Source of the DNA: an uncultured Clostridia bacterium
GTDB lineage: Bacteria > Bacillota > Clostridia > TANB77 > CAG-508
DNA: 64,000 bases
Direction: 5' to 3'
Assembly (NCBI GenBank): GCA_944387545.1
Contig: CALXFE010000005.1
Span: 12,803-76,802 of the forward strand
Notes under the pieces: model-generated
Told to the model about the DNA's origin: nothing
Seen by the model: the letters and a program-made list of their open reading frames with translations, nothing else
Database searches by the model: none
Made by a program: the position numbers and the translations under genes
Shown here: one piece after another, positions 46,904-57,149 of the stretch
How the letters are laid out: each line of letters begins with the position of its first letter
Position numbering within the stretch: the stretch's first letter is position 1

Positions 46904-48826
46904 TTATGCTTGCTTTTCATATTCAGGCAAATTCTTTTTTAATTTTGCCATAATTAGTGTTGAGACGATTGCACCTACTGCAATTGCTAATAAATATTTT
47001 ATAGGATGTCCAATGGTTGCTATTACAAAGATTCCTCCATGAGGAGCCATTAATGTACAACTAAATAACATTGAAAGTGCTCCTGTCACTGCTGATCCAA
47101 TGACAAATGCTAGTATTGTTCTTAATGGATCTGCTGACGCAAAAGGAATTGCACCTTCTGATATAAAAGATAATCCCATAATATAATTGACATAGGCTGC
47201 TTGTTTATCTTTTTTAGGAATTTTTCTTGGAAATGCTGTTGCTAAAAATGCAATTGCTAGTGGTGGAACCATTCCCCCAGCCATAACCGCTGCCATGATT
47301 TCATATTGTCCTGACGCTAACATTCCTGTTCCAAATGTATAGGCTGCTTTATTGATAGGTCCTCCTAAATCTACAGCCATCATTCCTCCTAATATAGCTC
47401 CTAATATAATTTTATTTGCATTACTCATTGAAGATAGATAATCGTTAATTCCTGTATTAATGGCTGCCACATAAGGATTTATCAATAACATAAATGCTCC
47501 CATGATTAAGATTCCAAATACAGGATATAAAAGAATTGTTTTAATACCTTCTATACTATCTGGTAGATAACTACATAATTTCTTCAATCCTAAAACAATA
47601 TATCCTCCAGCAAATCCTGCAATTAATGCGCCTAAAAATCCAGAACTTACTAAAGTGATATCTCCATTTGTCAATGATTCAAATGTTGTCCCTTGTACTG
47701 CTAAAATTCCTCCAACAAAACCAACTGCTAAGCCTGGTCTGTCTGCAATACTCATAGCAATATAACCTGCAAGTATATATAACATGACATTAAATGCCGC
47801 ATTTCCTATTGTTTTAAAGAATGCTGCAATCGGCGTATTCATACCAAAATTTGATGGGTCTATTGAATAATCATCTAGTAAAAATGCGATTGCAATTAAA
47901 ATTCCTCCACCAACAACAAATGGCAACATATGTGTAACACCATTCATTAAATGTTTATATATTTTTGTTCCTATCTTTTCTTTTTCTTCATCATTTTCCT
48001 CAGTTGTATGTTTAGTATTTGCATGATATGTTTTTGCATTTGGAGACAATACATGTTCTATTAGTTCTTTTGGCTTATTGATTCCATCTGCTACTTTTGC
48101 CTTTACCAACTTTTTACCATCAAATCTTGATAAATCAATTTTTGTATCTGATGCGATAATAATTCCTTTTGCGTTTTTAATTTCTTCTTTTGTGAATTTA
48201 TTTTTCACGCCTGATGATCCATGTGTCTCTACTTTCACTTTATGCCCTAATTGTTCTCCCATTTGCTCTAAAGCCTCTGCTGCCATATACGTATGTGCAA
48301 TACCTGTTGGGCAACTAGTGATTGCTAAGATTTCATATTGATCATTTGATTTTGTTTCTTCTCCTAATTTTTCCATTTCTGCCTTGTCTATGCATTCTAA
48401 AAATTCTTTTGGTGTTCTAGCATTATATAATGCTTGTCTAAATTCTGTATCCATTAATAGTGTAGATAATCTACTCAAAACATCTAAGTGTACATTATCT
48501 TTTGTATTAGGTGCTGCTATTAAAAATAGCAATTTTGCTGGATTTCCATCTAATGATTGAAAATCAACTCCATCTGGAATAACCATAGCAGCTAGACCAG
48601 GTCTTGAAACTGCTTCTGTCTTACCATGAGGAATCGCAATTCCTTCACCAATGCCTGTTGTTCCTTCTTTCTCCCTTTTTAAAACTACTTGTTTGTAAGT
48701 CTCCTTATCTTTAATGTTTCCATTTTCCATCATTAAGTCTACCAATTGGTCAATGGCTTCCGCTTTGCTATTGGCTTTTCCTTGTAGTGTGATGGCCTTT
48801 TCGCTAAGTAAATCTGTAATTTTCAT
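46904..48826 (-). CDS. fruA: PTS fructose-specific EIIABC
   Basis: EIIA GIAIPHG, EIIB SCPTGIAHTYMAAE and EIIC DLGGPINKAAY/EGAIPF motifs. Confidence 0.95.
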   Translation of the reverse strand: MKITDLLSEKAITLQGKANSKAEAIDQLVDLMMENGNIKDKETYKQVVLKREKEGTTGIGEGIAIPHGKTEAVSRPGLAAMVIPDGVDFQSLDGNPAKLLFLIAAPNTKDNVHLDVLSRLSTLLMDTEFRQALYNARTPKEFLECIDKAEMEKLGEETKSNDQYEILAITSCPTGIAHTYMAAEALEQMGEQLGHKVKVETHGSSGVKNKFTKEEIKNAKGIIIASDTKIDLSRFDGKKLVKAKVADGINKPKELIEHVLSPNAKTYHANTKHTTEENDEEKEKIGTKIYKHLMNGVTHMLPFVVGGGILIAIAFLLDDYSIDPSNFGMNTPIAAFFKTIGNAAFNVMLYILAGYIAMSIADRPGLAVGFVGGILAVQGTTFESLTNGDITLVSSGFLGALIAGFAGGYIVLGLKKLCSYLPDSIEGIKTILLYPVFGILIMGAFMLLINPYVAAINTGINDYLSSMSNANKIILGAILGGMMAVDLGGPINKAAYTFGTGMLASGQYEIMAAVMAGGMVPPLAIAFLATAFPRKIPKKDKQAAYVNYIMGLSFISEGAIPFASADPLRTILAFVIGSAVTGALSMLFSCTLMAPHGGIFVIATIGHPIKYLLAIAVGAIVSTLIMAKLKKNLPEYEKQA

Positions 48827-48901
48827 ATCTTACCCCTTTCTTTTGTATTATTTTTTTATTTCTGTGCATAGAAATGTTTGATTTCATTTCTGCACACTTT
48901 C

Positions 48902-49819
48902 TTATAATTGTTTTAAAAGTGTATTCACATCCTCTTTGGTTGCTAATTGTGTAGAAAATGCACTTGCGCTTCCTGCTGCCACTCCTGTTTTTAATGCATA
49001 TTCATAATCTTTTGTTTGATCATATCCTGCTAAAAATCCTGCTACCATAGAATCTCCAGATCCAACGGTATTTACCACTTGTCCTTTAGGTGCTTTTGAA
49101 TAATAGGTTTTATCCTCTTTTGTTAACAATAGTGCCCCATCATTTCCCAAAGATACTAGTACATTTTGTGCTCCCAATTTTTTTAGTTCTTTAGCAGCAT
49201 TGATTATATCTTCCTTTGTTGATATTTTGCAATTTAATGTTTCTTCTAATTCTTCTTTATTGGGTTTTATTAAAAAAGGATGATACTTTAATACATTCAT
49301 CAGTAACTCTTGTGTAGAATCTACTATAAATGTGATTCCTTTTTCCTTAAGTTTTTCACATATGTTTTCATATATATCCTTATTAATATTTTTCGGTACA
49401 CTTCCAGCTAAAATGACTATATCTTTTGTAGACATCTTTTGTATCTTTTCCATTAATGTTTCAACATCGTTTTTCGTAATTAGTGGCCCTATTCCATTTA
49501 ACGCTGTTTCTTCTACTTTTTTTTCATTCATTGAACTAATTTTAACATTAATTCTTGTAAGGCCTTCTTTTACTTTAACAAAACCTGTTTTTATGCCTTG
49601 TGCTTCTATTTTTCGTTTTAACTCTTCTCCTGTAAATCCCGCTATAAAACCAAGTGCTGTGTTTTCAATTTCTAAGTTTTTTAATACAATAGAAACATTA
49701 AGTCCTTTTCCTCCTGGTAATATTGTTTCCGTTTTTGTTCTATTTATTTCACCAATTTTAAAATTTTTAACTTGCGTAATATAATCTAGTGCAGGATTAA
49801 ATGTTATTGTATAAATCAT
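48902..49819 (-). CDS. fruK: 1-phosphofructokinase
   Basis: TFNPALDY, GGKGLNVS, IKPNKEEL and NTVGSGDSMVAGF motifs; upstream of fruA. Confidence 0.93.
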   Translation of the reverse strand: MIYTITFNPALDYITQVKNFKIGEINRTKTETILPGGKGLNVSIVLKNLEIENTALGFIAGFTGEELKRKIEAQGIKTGFVKVKEGLTRINVKISSMNEKKVEETALNGIGPLITKNDVETLMEKIQKMSTKDIVILAGSVPKNINKDIYENICEKLKEKGITFIVDSTQELLMNVLKYHPFLIKPNKEELEETLNCKISTKEDIINAAKELKKLGAQNVLVSLGNDGALLLTKEDKTYYSKAPKGQVVNTVGSGDSMVAGFLAGYDQTKDYEYALKTGVAAGSASAFSTQLATKEDVNTLLKQL

Positions 49820-49882
49820 TTTTCCCTCCTTGTTTCAAATTCTATCATACCTGGTTTTTTTTTACAATATGTTTTTGCCCAA

Positions 49883-49909
49883 TTGGGGACGTTTCTTTTT
49901 GGGACATTT
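49883..49909 (+). repeat. GGGAC repeat, type II, copy F
   Basis: TTGGGGACGTTTCTTTTTGGGACATTT; 26/27 identical to copy E. Confidence 0.8.
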
Positions 49910-49967
49910 TGAAGAATTTTGGAGACAGATTTATTTTCTCTTAAATCTATTTCACATTGCTAAAATA

Positions 49968-50837
49968 TTATGCTTCTCTTCTCCAATAAAACAAATATTG
50001 CTGTGCTAACCCCGCTAAGTCTCCAAATTTTGCTTTTGCTAACTTTTCAATTTGTTTTTTATTTACTTTTGTTTCGTCCTCTTCTTTTATATATAAGTCA
50101 TTCATCACTCTTCTTACCCATACATCTATTGGAAATACCTCTAAACGTTTTAAATCAGAAAATAGTAATATACAATCTGCAACTTTTGGACCAACACCTG
50201 AAAGTGTTAATAATTTTTCTCTAACTTCTATTGTGTTTGGATTTTCTTCTAATTCTTTTAAATTCACTTCTCCATTTCGTATCATTTTTGTTGTTTCATA
50301 TAATCGAATATCTCTAAACCCTAACCCTAATTTTCTATATTCTTCTATTGTTACATTTTTTAACTGTTCAGGCGTAGGAAATGTATAATATTCTTCCCCA
50401 TTCCATTCTATTTTATTCCCATATGTCTTTGATAGTCTTTCAATAATTCCTTTAATTCTTGGTATATTGTTGTTAGCAGATATGATAAAAGAAATAATAG
50501 TTTCCCATAAATCTTGGTTTAAAATTCGAATACCTTTACCATATTGAATACTTGTTTTCATATATTTATCTTTTTTTGATAATTCATTTTTGATTTGTTC
50601 ATAGTTTCTATCTAAATCAAAATACTTTTGTATTTCCTCTTCAAAATTTTCATTTTTACATATTCCAGTAAAAACATAATTTTGTCCTTCTTTTTTAATA
50701 TTGACAACATTTTCTTTCCATATACCTGTATAACTTCCATTTTCTTGTTTATTCCATCGAAAACATTGTCCACACTCAAATATATCTTTTAAATCAAAGG
50801 TTTCTGGTTTTTTTAATATATATTGTTGTTCTTGCAT
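49968..50837 (-). CDS. 8-oxoguanine DNA glycosylase (OGG1-like HhH-GPD family)
   Basis: FECGQCFRW, GIRILNQD, ISANNNIPRI, LSGVGPKVADC, FPIDVW and AQQYLF motifs. Confidence 0.92.
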   Translation of the reverse strand: MQEQQYILKKPETFDLKDIFECGQCFRWNKQENGSYTGIWKENVVNIKKEGQNYVFTGICKNENFEEEIQKYFDLDRNYEQIKNELSKKDKYMKTSIQYGKGIRILNQDLWETIISFIISANNNIPRIKGIIERLSKTYGNKIEWNGEEYYTFPTPEQLKNVTIEEYRKLGLGFRDIRLYETTKMIRNGEVNLKELEENPNTIEVREKLLTLSGVGPKVADCILLFSDLKRLEVFPIDVWVRRVMNDLYIKEEDETKVNKKQIEKLAKAKFGDLAGLAQQYLFYWRREA

Positions 50838-51045
50838 TTTTTATGTATTCCTTTCTTAAGGCACAAACCTGCTTAAAAAATTTAAATTTGTCCCACAAAA
50901 ATTGTCATTATTTTTTAAACACTTATTTCTGTTTGATTATATCATATAAAGAAAAATTACTCTACACTTTCGTATAAAGTAATTTTCTCTTTTTTCTAGT
51001 TCCAACTCAATACTACCTTTTTCCCTTCTATTGGTTTTTCTTTAA

Positions 51046-52575
51046 TTAATGTATCCTTTTATTTCTAATTTTTTCATTCTTCCTTATATTAAATTTATGA
51101 ATATGAATTGTTGCAACAGGAATTAATACCACAATATATGGAATAATATATCTAGACTTTGCTTCCCATAATATGTGAAATGCAAATCCGCCTACAAAAA
51201 TAGTCATTAAGAATATCAGCTCTATAGAAAGATTTTTTCTCTTTTGTATGAAAACAATGATGCTACAAAGGCATATTACCAATAATAAAACTTTTTGATA
51301 AAAAGTTAATGGATTAATAAAATCTTCTAATATATCCTCTTCTCCTACTGTATTATTTCTGATTGCTGCATATGTATTTTCCGTCCACATAGATGCAATT
51401 TTTCTACTATAAAATTGAAATGTATATCCTAAATTTTCTGAAAAATATGTTAATCTATCTTTTATGTTTTGCATATATTCTATTTTCATTTCTTCTGGAT
51501 TTTTTAATGCTGGTCCTGCTATATTTTCATTATACCATCCATTTCCTCTTGGTCCTTCTTCCATTGCCATAAGGAAATAACTCTCATTCGGATAGATTTT
51601 ATTTTTATCTAAATCATATTTTTGAAAATAATAATTTTTCACCAATGATGCTGGAGCTATAGATATTATGCTATATGTAATTATAATTGCCATTTGTAAT
51701 GTTCTATTTTTCCATTCTTCTTTTGACCATTCTTCCCATATATTTAATAACAAGTATATAACAGTTGCAATTATAAAAATTAAACTATTCATTCGCATCA
51801 TATAGGCTATCATTGTCAAAATAGATGCTATTATTGGATAAATAATCTTTTTTGTTTCTGTATATCTCATCATAAAATAAACTGAAAACAAACATAATGC
51901 TAAACTTGGAATATCTCCATAAATGTAAGTTGAAAGCATTGGCAAAGATATGAAAGTAAAAATGAATATGCCTAATCGTACTTTATTAGTTTTATATTTT
52001 TTAGATATTTGCTGATTCATTTTGTATAAAGCCATAACAATGCCTATGTTTCCAAGCACATTTAATATTCTTAAAATTTCCATAATATCAAAATGAATGA
52101 TTCTAAAAAAGATACTATATACAAATGCTAATGTTATTTGATGTGGATAGGCTTGCATATATTCTTTTAATGTCACTCCCACATAAGTTGGATTTTGTAA
52201 AAATTCTTCTGGGTTATTTCTATAAAATGTTTGTGCTAAATTACAAACATGAACAGAATCTCCTATTACTTTGGGATTTACAAAAATGACCCATAGTATA
52301 TTAAATAGGATATATAAGGTGAAAGCACTTATCCATAATCTTTTTCTAAGTTTCTTCTTTAATTCTAAATTTCCATCTTTATACAGATATTTATAGATGA
52401 TTTCTGCAATGAAATATATCAGGATTCCTATAATCACAAGGCCAATGACATATACCAAATGATTTACATGAATTACTGCCTGTTCTGATGCATTTAAATA
52501 AGTCGTATATATGATATTTAAAATTATAATCATTCCTAAAAATAGAATGGCAAATCCATATATTATTTTTTTCAT
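51046..52575 (-). CDS. Polytopic membrane protein, probable GT-C (PMT-like) glycosyltransferase
   Basis: Many TM segments with GD..H, YPHQ, YGDIP and RMN patterns and a large external loop. Confidence 0.55.
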   Translation of the reverse strand: MKKIIYGFAILFLGMIIILNIIYTTYLNASEQAVIHVNHLVYVIGLVIIGILIYFIAEIIYKYLYKDGNLELKKKLRKRLWISAFTLYILFNILWVIFVNPKVIGDSVHVCNLAQTFYRNNPEEFLQNPTYVGVTLKEYMQAYPHQITLAFVYSIFFRIIHFDIMEILRILNVLGNIGIVMALYKMNQQISKKYKTNKVRLGIFIFTFISLPMLSTYIYGDIPSLALCLFSVYFMMRYTETKKIIYPIIASILTMIAYMMRMNSLIFIIATVIYLLLNIWEEWSKEEWKNRTLQMAIIITYSIISIAPASLVKNYYFQKYDLDKNKIYPNESYFLMAMEEGPRGNGWYNENIAGPALKNPEEMKIEYMQNIKDRLTYFSENLGYTFQFYSRKIASMWTENTYAAIRNNTVGEEDILEDFINPLTFYQKVLLLVICLCSIIVFIQKRKNLSIELIFLMTIFVGGFAFHILWEAKSRYIIPYIVVLIPVATIHIHKFNIRKNEKIRNKRIH

Positions 52576-52649
52576 TCATTTTCCCCTTTTATATATTACA
52601 AATTTCACATTCATATTAGCATAAAAACATATATTTCACAATAAAAATA

Positions 52650-52674
52650 AAGAAACTTGCAATTCAAGTCTCTT
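52650..52674 (-). terminator. Intrinsic terminator
   Basis: AAGAGACTTG-loop-CAAGTTTCTT plus a T-tract on the minus strand. Confidence 0.6.
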
Positions 52675-52688
52675 AATGCTATTTAAAT

Positions 52689-53549
52689 TTATTCATTTTT
52701 GAATCCCAATCCTAACACCTCTCTAGAATTGGTAATAATGACAAAACTTCTTTTATCTATTTTTTTGATAATTTGTATGGTTCTTGCTATATCTTTTCTA
52801 GTAACAGCACACATTAAGATTAATTTATCTGTACTAGTATACATACCTTTTCCATAAATCCCCGTTGTTCCTCTACCAATATTTTCTCCAATTTCTTTGG
52901 CGATTGTTTCTGCTTTATCAGAAACAATATAAATTAGTTTTGTAAAATAGATACCTTCAAATAAAATGTCAATAATTTTCCCCATTAAATAAATAGCAAT
53001 GGCAGAATATAAACCAATTTCAATTTCTCTTAAAAAAATCATATTTAGAGCTACAATAACGATATCGATTAAAAAAATAATTTCTCCCACTTTTACTGTC
53101 GGTTTATATATTTTAGCTATATAACTAAATAAATCTGTTCCTCCTGTTGAGCTATTTACTTTTAATAAAATAGCTGTTCCTACCCCCATTAAAATTCCTC
53201 CATAAATACACGCTAAAAACTTATCATTTGTCAAGGGCGCTAACTTATCCAATATATCAATAAAAAATGATAAACTAACAGTTCCTATAATTGACTTTAC
53301 AAAAAATATTTTTCCTATTTTTAATATAGACATCAAGAATAGCGGAACATTTATAATTAACATACTAATTCCCATTGGTATGTTTAATAAATAATACGTT
53401 ATAGTTGCAATTCCTGCAACGCCTCCTGAAGATAGTTTGTTTGGTAATAAAAATAAAGACACAGCAATTGCAATAATAAAAGCTCCTAAAATTGTTCCTA
53501 AAATCTCTAAAATTATAGTTTTTATGATTCCTTTTTCTTTTACTTGCAT
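52689..53549 (-). CDS. YitT-family membrane protein
   Basis: SGGVAG, INVPLF, SSTGGTD and C-terminal DUF2179-like GTTGIYGKGMYT motifs. Confidence 0.9.
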   Translation of the reverse strand: MQVKEKGIIKTIILEILGTILGAFIIAIAVSLFLLPNKLSSGGVAGIATITYYLLNIPMGISMLIINVPLFLMSILKIGKIFFVKSIIGTVSLSFFIDILDKLAPLTNDKFLACIYGGILMGVGTAILLKVNSSTGGTDLFSYIAKIYKPTVKVGEIIFLIDIVIVALNMIFLREIEIGLYSAIAIYLMGKIIDILFEGIYFTKLIYIVSDKAETIAKEIGENIGRGTTGIYGKGMYTSTDKLILMCAVTRKDIARTIQIIKKIDKRSFVIITNSREVLGLGFKNE

Positions 53550-53684
53550 AACAAAAATCACCTTTATTACTAGTATTGGTAATTTCAGGTGATTTTATTC
53601 TATGATTCCATACAATTTGTCATTTATATCAAGTATATAACTATCTTTTCCAGTTTACGAATCTTCATTTTATTTTAATCATCT

Positions 53685-54776
53685 TTATTTTTTACTGACA
53701 ACTTTTTTCTCTTCTTCTTTTTCTTCATAGATAAAATCTTTAAATGTTTTGGTTACTTCAATTTTGGATTTTCCTTGTTTGATTGTTTCATCTTGTTTTA
53801 AAACTAAGTCCACATCATAGATTTCTTTTAGTTTTTTAACATTTTCTTTTTTATGACCAATCACATTATTGGCATCAATTGGATTTACTTTAACTTCTAC
53901 CTCTTTTACTTTTACATTCAATTTTTTAATTTTTCCAACAATGGCATCATACCACATAGCTGATTCCACTAATTGCCTAAATGCAGGATGATATGGTCCT
54001 GCAACCACTTCACTTTTTTCTTTGCTTGGATCTGCAATTTCATCTGTACTTTGCAATCCAACTCTTATAATGTCAATTTTTTTATCAGCAAACATTCTAA
54101 CCAATTCTTTACAAGTTTCAATGGCTTGTGGTAATGGTAATGGTTCATAAATTCCTTCTTTATATTCTTTTTCTAATTTTGTATTTTTTACAACTAATAC
54201 CGGATAAATTCTTACCATCTTAGGTTTTAATTTTATCAACGCTTTTGCTGTATTAATTTCATCAATTCTTGTACTTTCTGGTAACCCTACCATCATTTGA
54301 TGTCCTAGCTTAAATCCATAAAATCGGATTAATTTCGATGCTTTTTTTACATCTTTAAATGTATGCCCTCTATTGGCTCTTTTTAAGATATAATCATTTG
54401 AAGATTGGACACCCAATTCAATGGTCTTTACTTTATATTTTTTTAACCTTTTTAAAATATCTTTATTAATACAATCTGGTCTGGTAGATATTCTGATACT
54501 TTCTACGTTTCCATTTTTTACATATTCATAGGCTAGTTCTAATAATTCATTTTGCAATGTTTCTTCTATTGCTGTGAAACTTCCTCCAAAAAATGCAATT
54601 TCAATTTGTGCTTCATCATCTTTTATATTTTGTAGGTAATTATCTATTATTTCTTTTGCTTCTTCTTTTGTCATATTCTTTTTTTGACCACTGATAGATT
54701 TCTGATTGCAAAAAATACAATCATTTGGACATCCTAAATGTGGTACAAATATCGGTATTATGTATTGATGTTTCAT
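53685..54776 (-). CDS. Radical SAM protein (Elp3-like)
   Basis: GCPNDCIFC, FFGGSFT, STRPD, IELGVQS and AGPYHPAF motifs; typical neighbour of rnc. Confidence 0.88.
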   Translation of the reverse strand: MKHQYIIPIFVPHLGCPNDCIFCNQKSISGQKKNMTKEEAKEIIDNYLQNIKDDEAQIEIAFFGGSFTAIEETLQNELLELAYEYVKNGNVESIRISTRPDCINKDILKRLKKYKVKTIELGVQSSNDYILKRANRGHTFKDVKKASKLIRFYGFKLGHQMMVGLPESTRIDEINTAKALIKLKPKMVRIYPVLVVKNTKLEKEYKEGIYEPLPLPQAIETCKELVRMFADKKIDIIRVGLQSTDEIADPSKEKSEVVAGPYHPAFRQLVESAMWYDAIVGKIKKLNVKVKEVEVKVNPIDANNVIGHKKENVKKLKEIYDVDLVLKQDETIKQGKSKIEVTKTFKDFIYEEKEEEKKVVSKK

Positions 54777-54791
54777 AGATTTACCTCTTTT

Positions 54792-55466
54792 CTATTTTAA
54801 ATTTTCTAAAGCTTTTTTAGCAGCCTGCATTTCTGCCCCTTTTTTACTTTTGCCTGAACCTTTTGCTAACACATCACCATTAAAACGCACTTGTGCTTCA
54901 AAGCTTTTATCATGATCTGGTCCACTTTCGTTTATAATTTCATATTCTATTTTGACATCTCCACCTTCTTGTAATTTTTCTTGTAATACAGTTTTATAAT
55001 CTTTATCTCCCACATGTTGGCTAGCTTGTCTAATCTCATCTTCTAAATTTTTTATAATGAATGTATCTACTGGTTCTAATCCTCCATCTAAATACATAGC
55101 TGCAATCACTGCTTCTACACTATCTGCTAAAATAGCTGGTCTCTTATTTCCTCCATTTTGTTTCTCTGATTTTCCTAAGTATAAATAATCTCCAAAATGA
55201 TGCTTTATAGCTATTTTATACAAACTCTTTTCACAAACCACTGTTGCTCTAACTTTTGTCATTTCTCCTTCTTTTAGGTTTGTATAATTTTCATATAAAT
55301 ATCTACTAGATAAAAATTCTAAGATACTATCTCCTAAAAATTCTAATTTTTCATTACTTTCTATATGTTTTTCATAAGCATAAGAGGTATGTGTCAATGC
55401 TGTTTTTAATAATGCTTTATTTTTAAATGTATATCCTAATTCTTTTTCTACACCTTCTAAATTCAT
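54792..55466 (-). CDS. rnc: Ribonuclease III
   Basis: ALTHTS, NEKLEFLGDSIL, ADSVEAVIAA and dsRBD DYKTVLQE..GPDH..AAKKAL motifs. Confidence 0.97.
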   Translation of the reverse strand: MNLEGVEKELGYTFKNKALLKTALTHTSYAYEKHIESNEKLEFLGDSILEFLSSRYLYENYTNLKEGEMTKVRATVVCEKSLYKIAIKHHFGDYLYLGKSEKQNGGNKRPAILADSVEAVIAAMYLDGGLEPVDTFIIKNLEDEIRQASQHVGDKDYKTVLQEKLQEGGDVKIEYEIINESGPDHDKSFEAQVRFNGDVLAKGSGKSKKGAEMQAAKKALENLK

Positions 55467-55725
55467 GTTTATTATCCTTCCCTTCTAAGTCAAATCTATT
55501 TTCGAAAAGAATTGGTATTTTGCAATTATTTTCTAAACTTTCGTTTCTGATTTTTTACGTCTTTATTATATACTATTTTACAGATTTTGCAAGTAAATTA
55601 AGGATTTATTCATCTATTTTTAGAAATTTTTTCTACTTTACTATTTTTTATATTTTTTTGTAGACAAGTTTATTTTGTTATTGTATAATAGGGTTGTAGA
55701 AATTTAAGAAAGTGAGGAAATTAAG

Positions 55726-57138
55726 ATGTTAGATGATAAGAATAACTCTATGAATAAAAATCAAGATAACAGAAATTTGTCTGATGTTTTTAGAGAGTTA
55801 CAAGAAATTCGATATTCTCAAGCAAATAAAGTACATACAACTTCAAAATCTAAGACAACGAAACAAACTAGACCAAAAGCTAAAGTTTCTTTCATTGAGA
55901 ATAACAATATATCGTTTGATAATAAAAAAGGGGTTAAACTTTCTAACTTAATTATTGTTTTTGTTATACTCGTTTTAGTGATTATCGCTATCTTTCCATT
56001 GAATGTCTTTTCAGTAGAAACTAGCTCAAACGAAGATCATTCTGATGAAGTTGTAGAAACAGCATCTATTCCTACTAATATTGAAATAAATAGAAAAGCA
56101 TTAAATATGCAAAAGATAATTTCTGAAAACTCAAGTTTTGAAAAAGTAAAAGAACAAGTTTCTGAAGAAAGAGAAATTGAATACGAAATCCAAACTAAGG
56201 AAAACCCAACCCTTCCAAGAGGTGAACAAGTCCTTCTACAAGAAGGTATTATGGGAAAAGAAAATGTTTCTTTGGTTAAAACATATGAAAATGGAGAATT
56301 TATAGAAGAAATCATTTTAGCAAAACAAACTGTTGAAGAACCAACACCTGAAATTTTGGACATTGGAACATCAGATTTCTTAGCAGATTTAAAAATACAT
56401 ATTGGTGATACAGTTTATCTAAATACAACTGCAAAACTAAGAAAAGAAGCTTCTGAAAGTTCAGAAGAAGTTGCTGAAATAAAAAATTACTTAGATGTTA
56501 AACTTCTTGAATTACCAAATGAAGATTGGTGTAAAGTATCTTTTGATTCTGTTGAAGGATATTTACCAACAGATGTATTAACATCATCTTCTAAAACACC
56601 AAGTATTATAGAGAAAAACAGAATTCAAAGAATTTTAATACATGTTAACATCAAAATGGAATTAAATAAATCTACTGGTTTAACTTTAAAAGATTATCAA
56701 AAAATCTTTAAAGATTTGCCAAATGATACAAATGGAATTTTTGAAGAAAACGCTGAAGTCTTTTATAACATGGACAAGAAATACAATGTAAATGGTATCT
56801 TCATTGCTTCGATTGCTATACATGAAAGTGCATGGGGTACATCACAAATTGCTAATGACAAAAACAACCTATTTGGTTATGGTTCTTATGATGAAACGCC
56901 TTATGAATCATCTTATGACTTTATTTCATTTGCAGACGGAATTGAAACTGTAAGTAAATCATTAGTTAAATACTATTTAAATCCAGCCGGAACAAAGATA
57001 TATGATGGAGAAACAGCAAGTGCATGGTATTATAATGGACCTACACTAGAAGGTGTTAACCAAAGATATGCAAGTGATCCAGATTGGCATACAAAAGTTT
57101 ATTCTTATATGGAAATGTTATATAATAGACTTAGCTAA
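55726..57138 (+). CDS. Membrane-anchored cell-wall hydrolase: G5 domain, SH3-like domain, GH73 glucosaminidase
   Basis: TM at about aa 75-95; G5 (YEIQTKENPTLPRGEQVLLQEG..G); SH3-like WCKVSFDSVEGY; AIHESAWGTS..KNNLFG..YASDP.W. Confidence 0.8.
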   Translation: MLDDKNNSMNKNQDNRNLSDVFRELQEIRYSQANKVHTTSKSKTTKQTRPKAKVSFIENNNISFDNKKGVKLSNLIIVFVILVLVIIAIFPLNVFSVETSSNEDHSDEVVETASIPTNIEINRKALNMQKIISENSSFEKVKEQVSEEREIEYEIQTKENPTLPRGEQVLLQEGIMGKENVSLVKTYENGEFIEEIILAKQTVEEPTPEILDIGTSDFLADLKIHIGDTVYLNTTAKLRKEASESSEEVAEIKNYLDVKLLELPNEDWCKVSFDSVEGYLPTDVLTSSSKTPSIIEKNRIQRILIHVNIKMELNKSTGLTLKDYQKIFKDLPNDTNGIFEENAEVFYNMDKKYNVNGIFIASIAIHESAWGTSQIANDKNNLFGYGSYDETPYESSYDFISFADGIETVSKSLVKYYLNPAGTKIYDGETASAWYYNGPTLEGVNQRYASDPDWHTKVYSYMEMLYNRLS

Positions 57139-57149
57139 AAGGAGTCATT

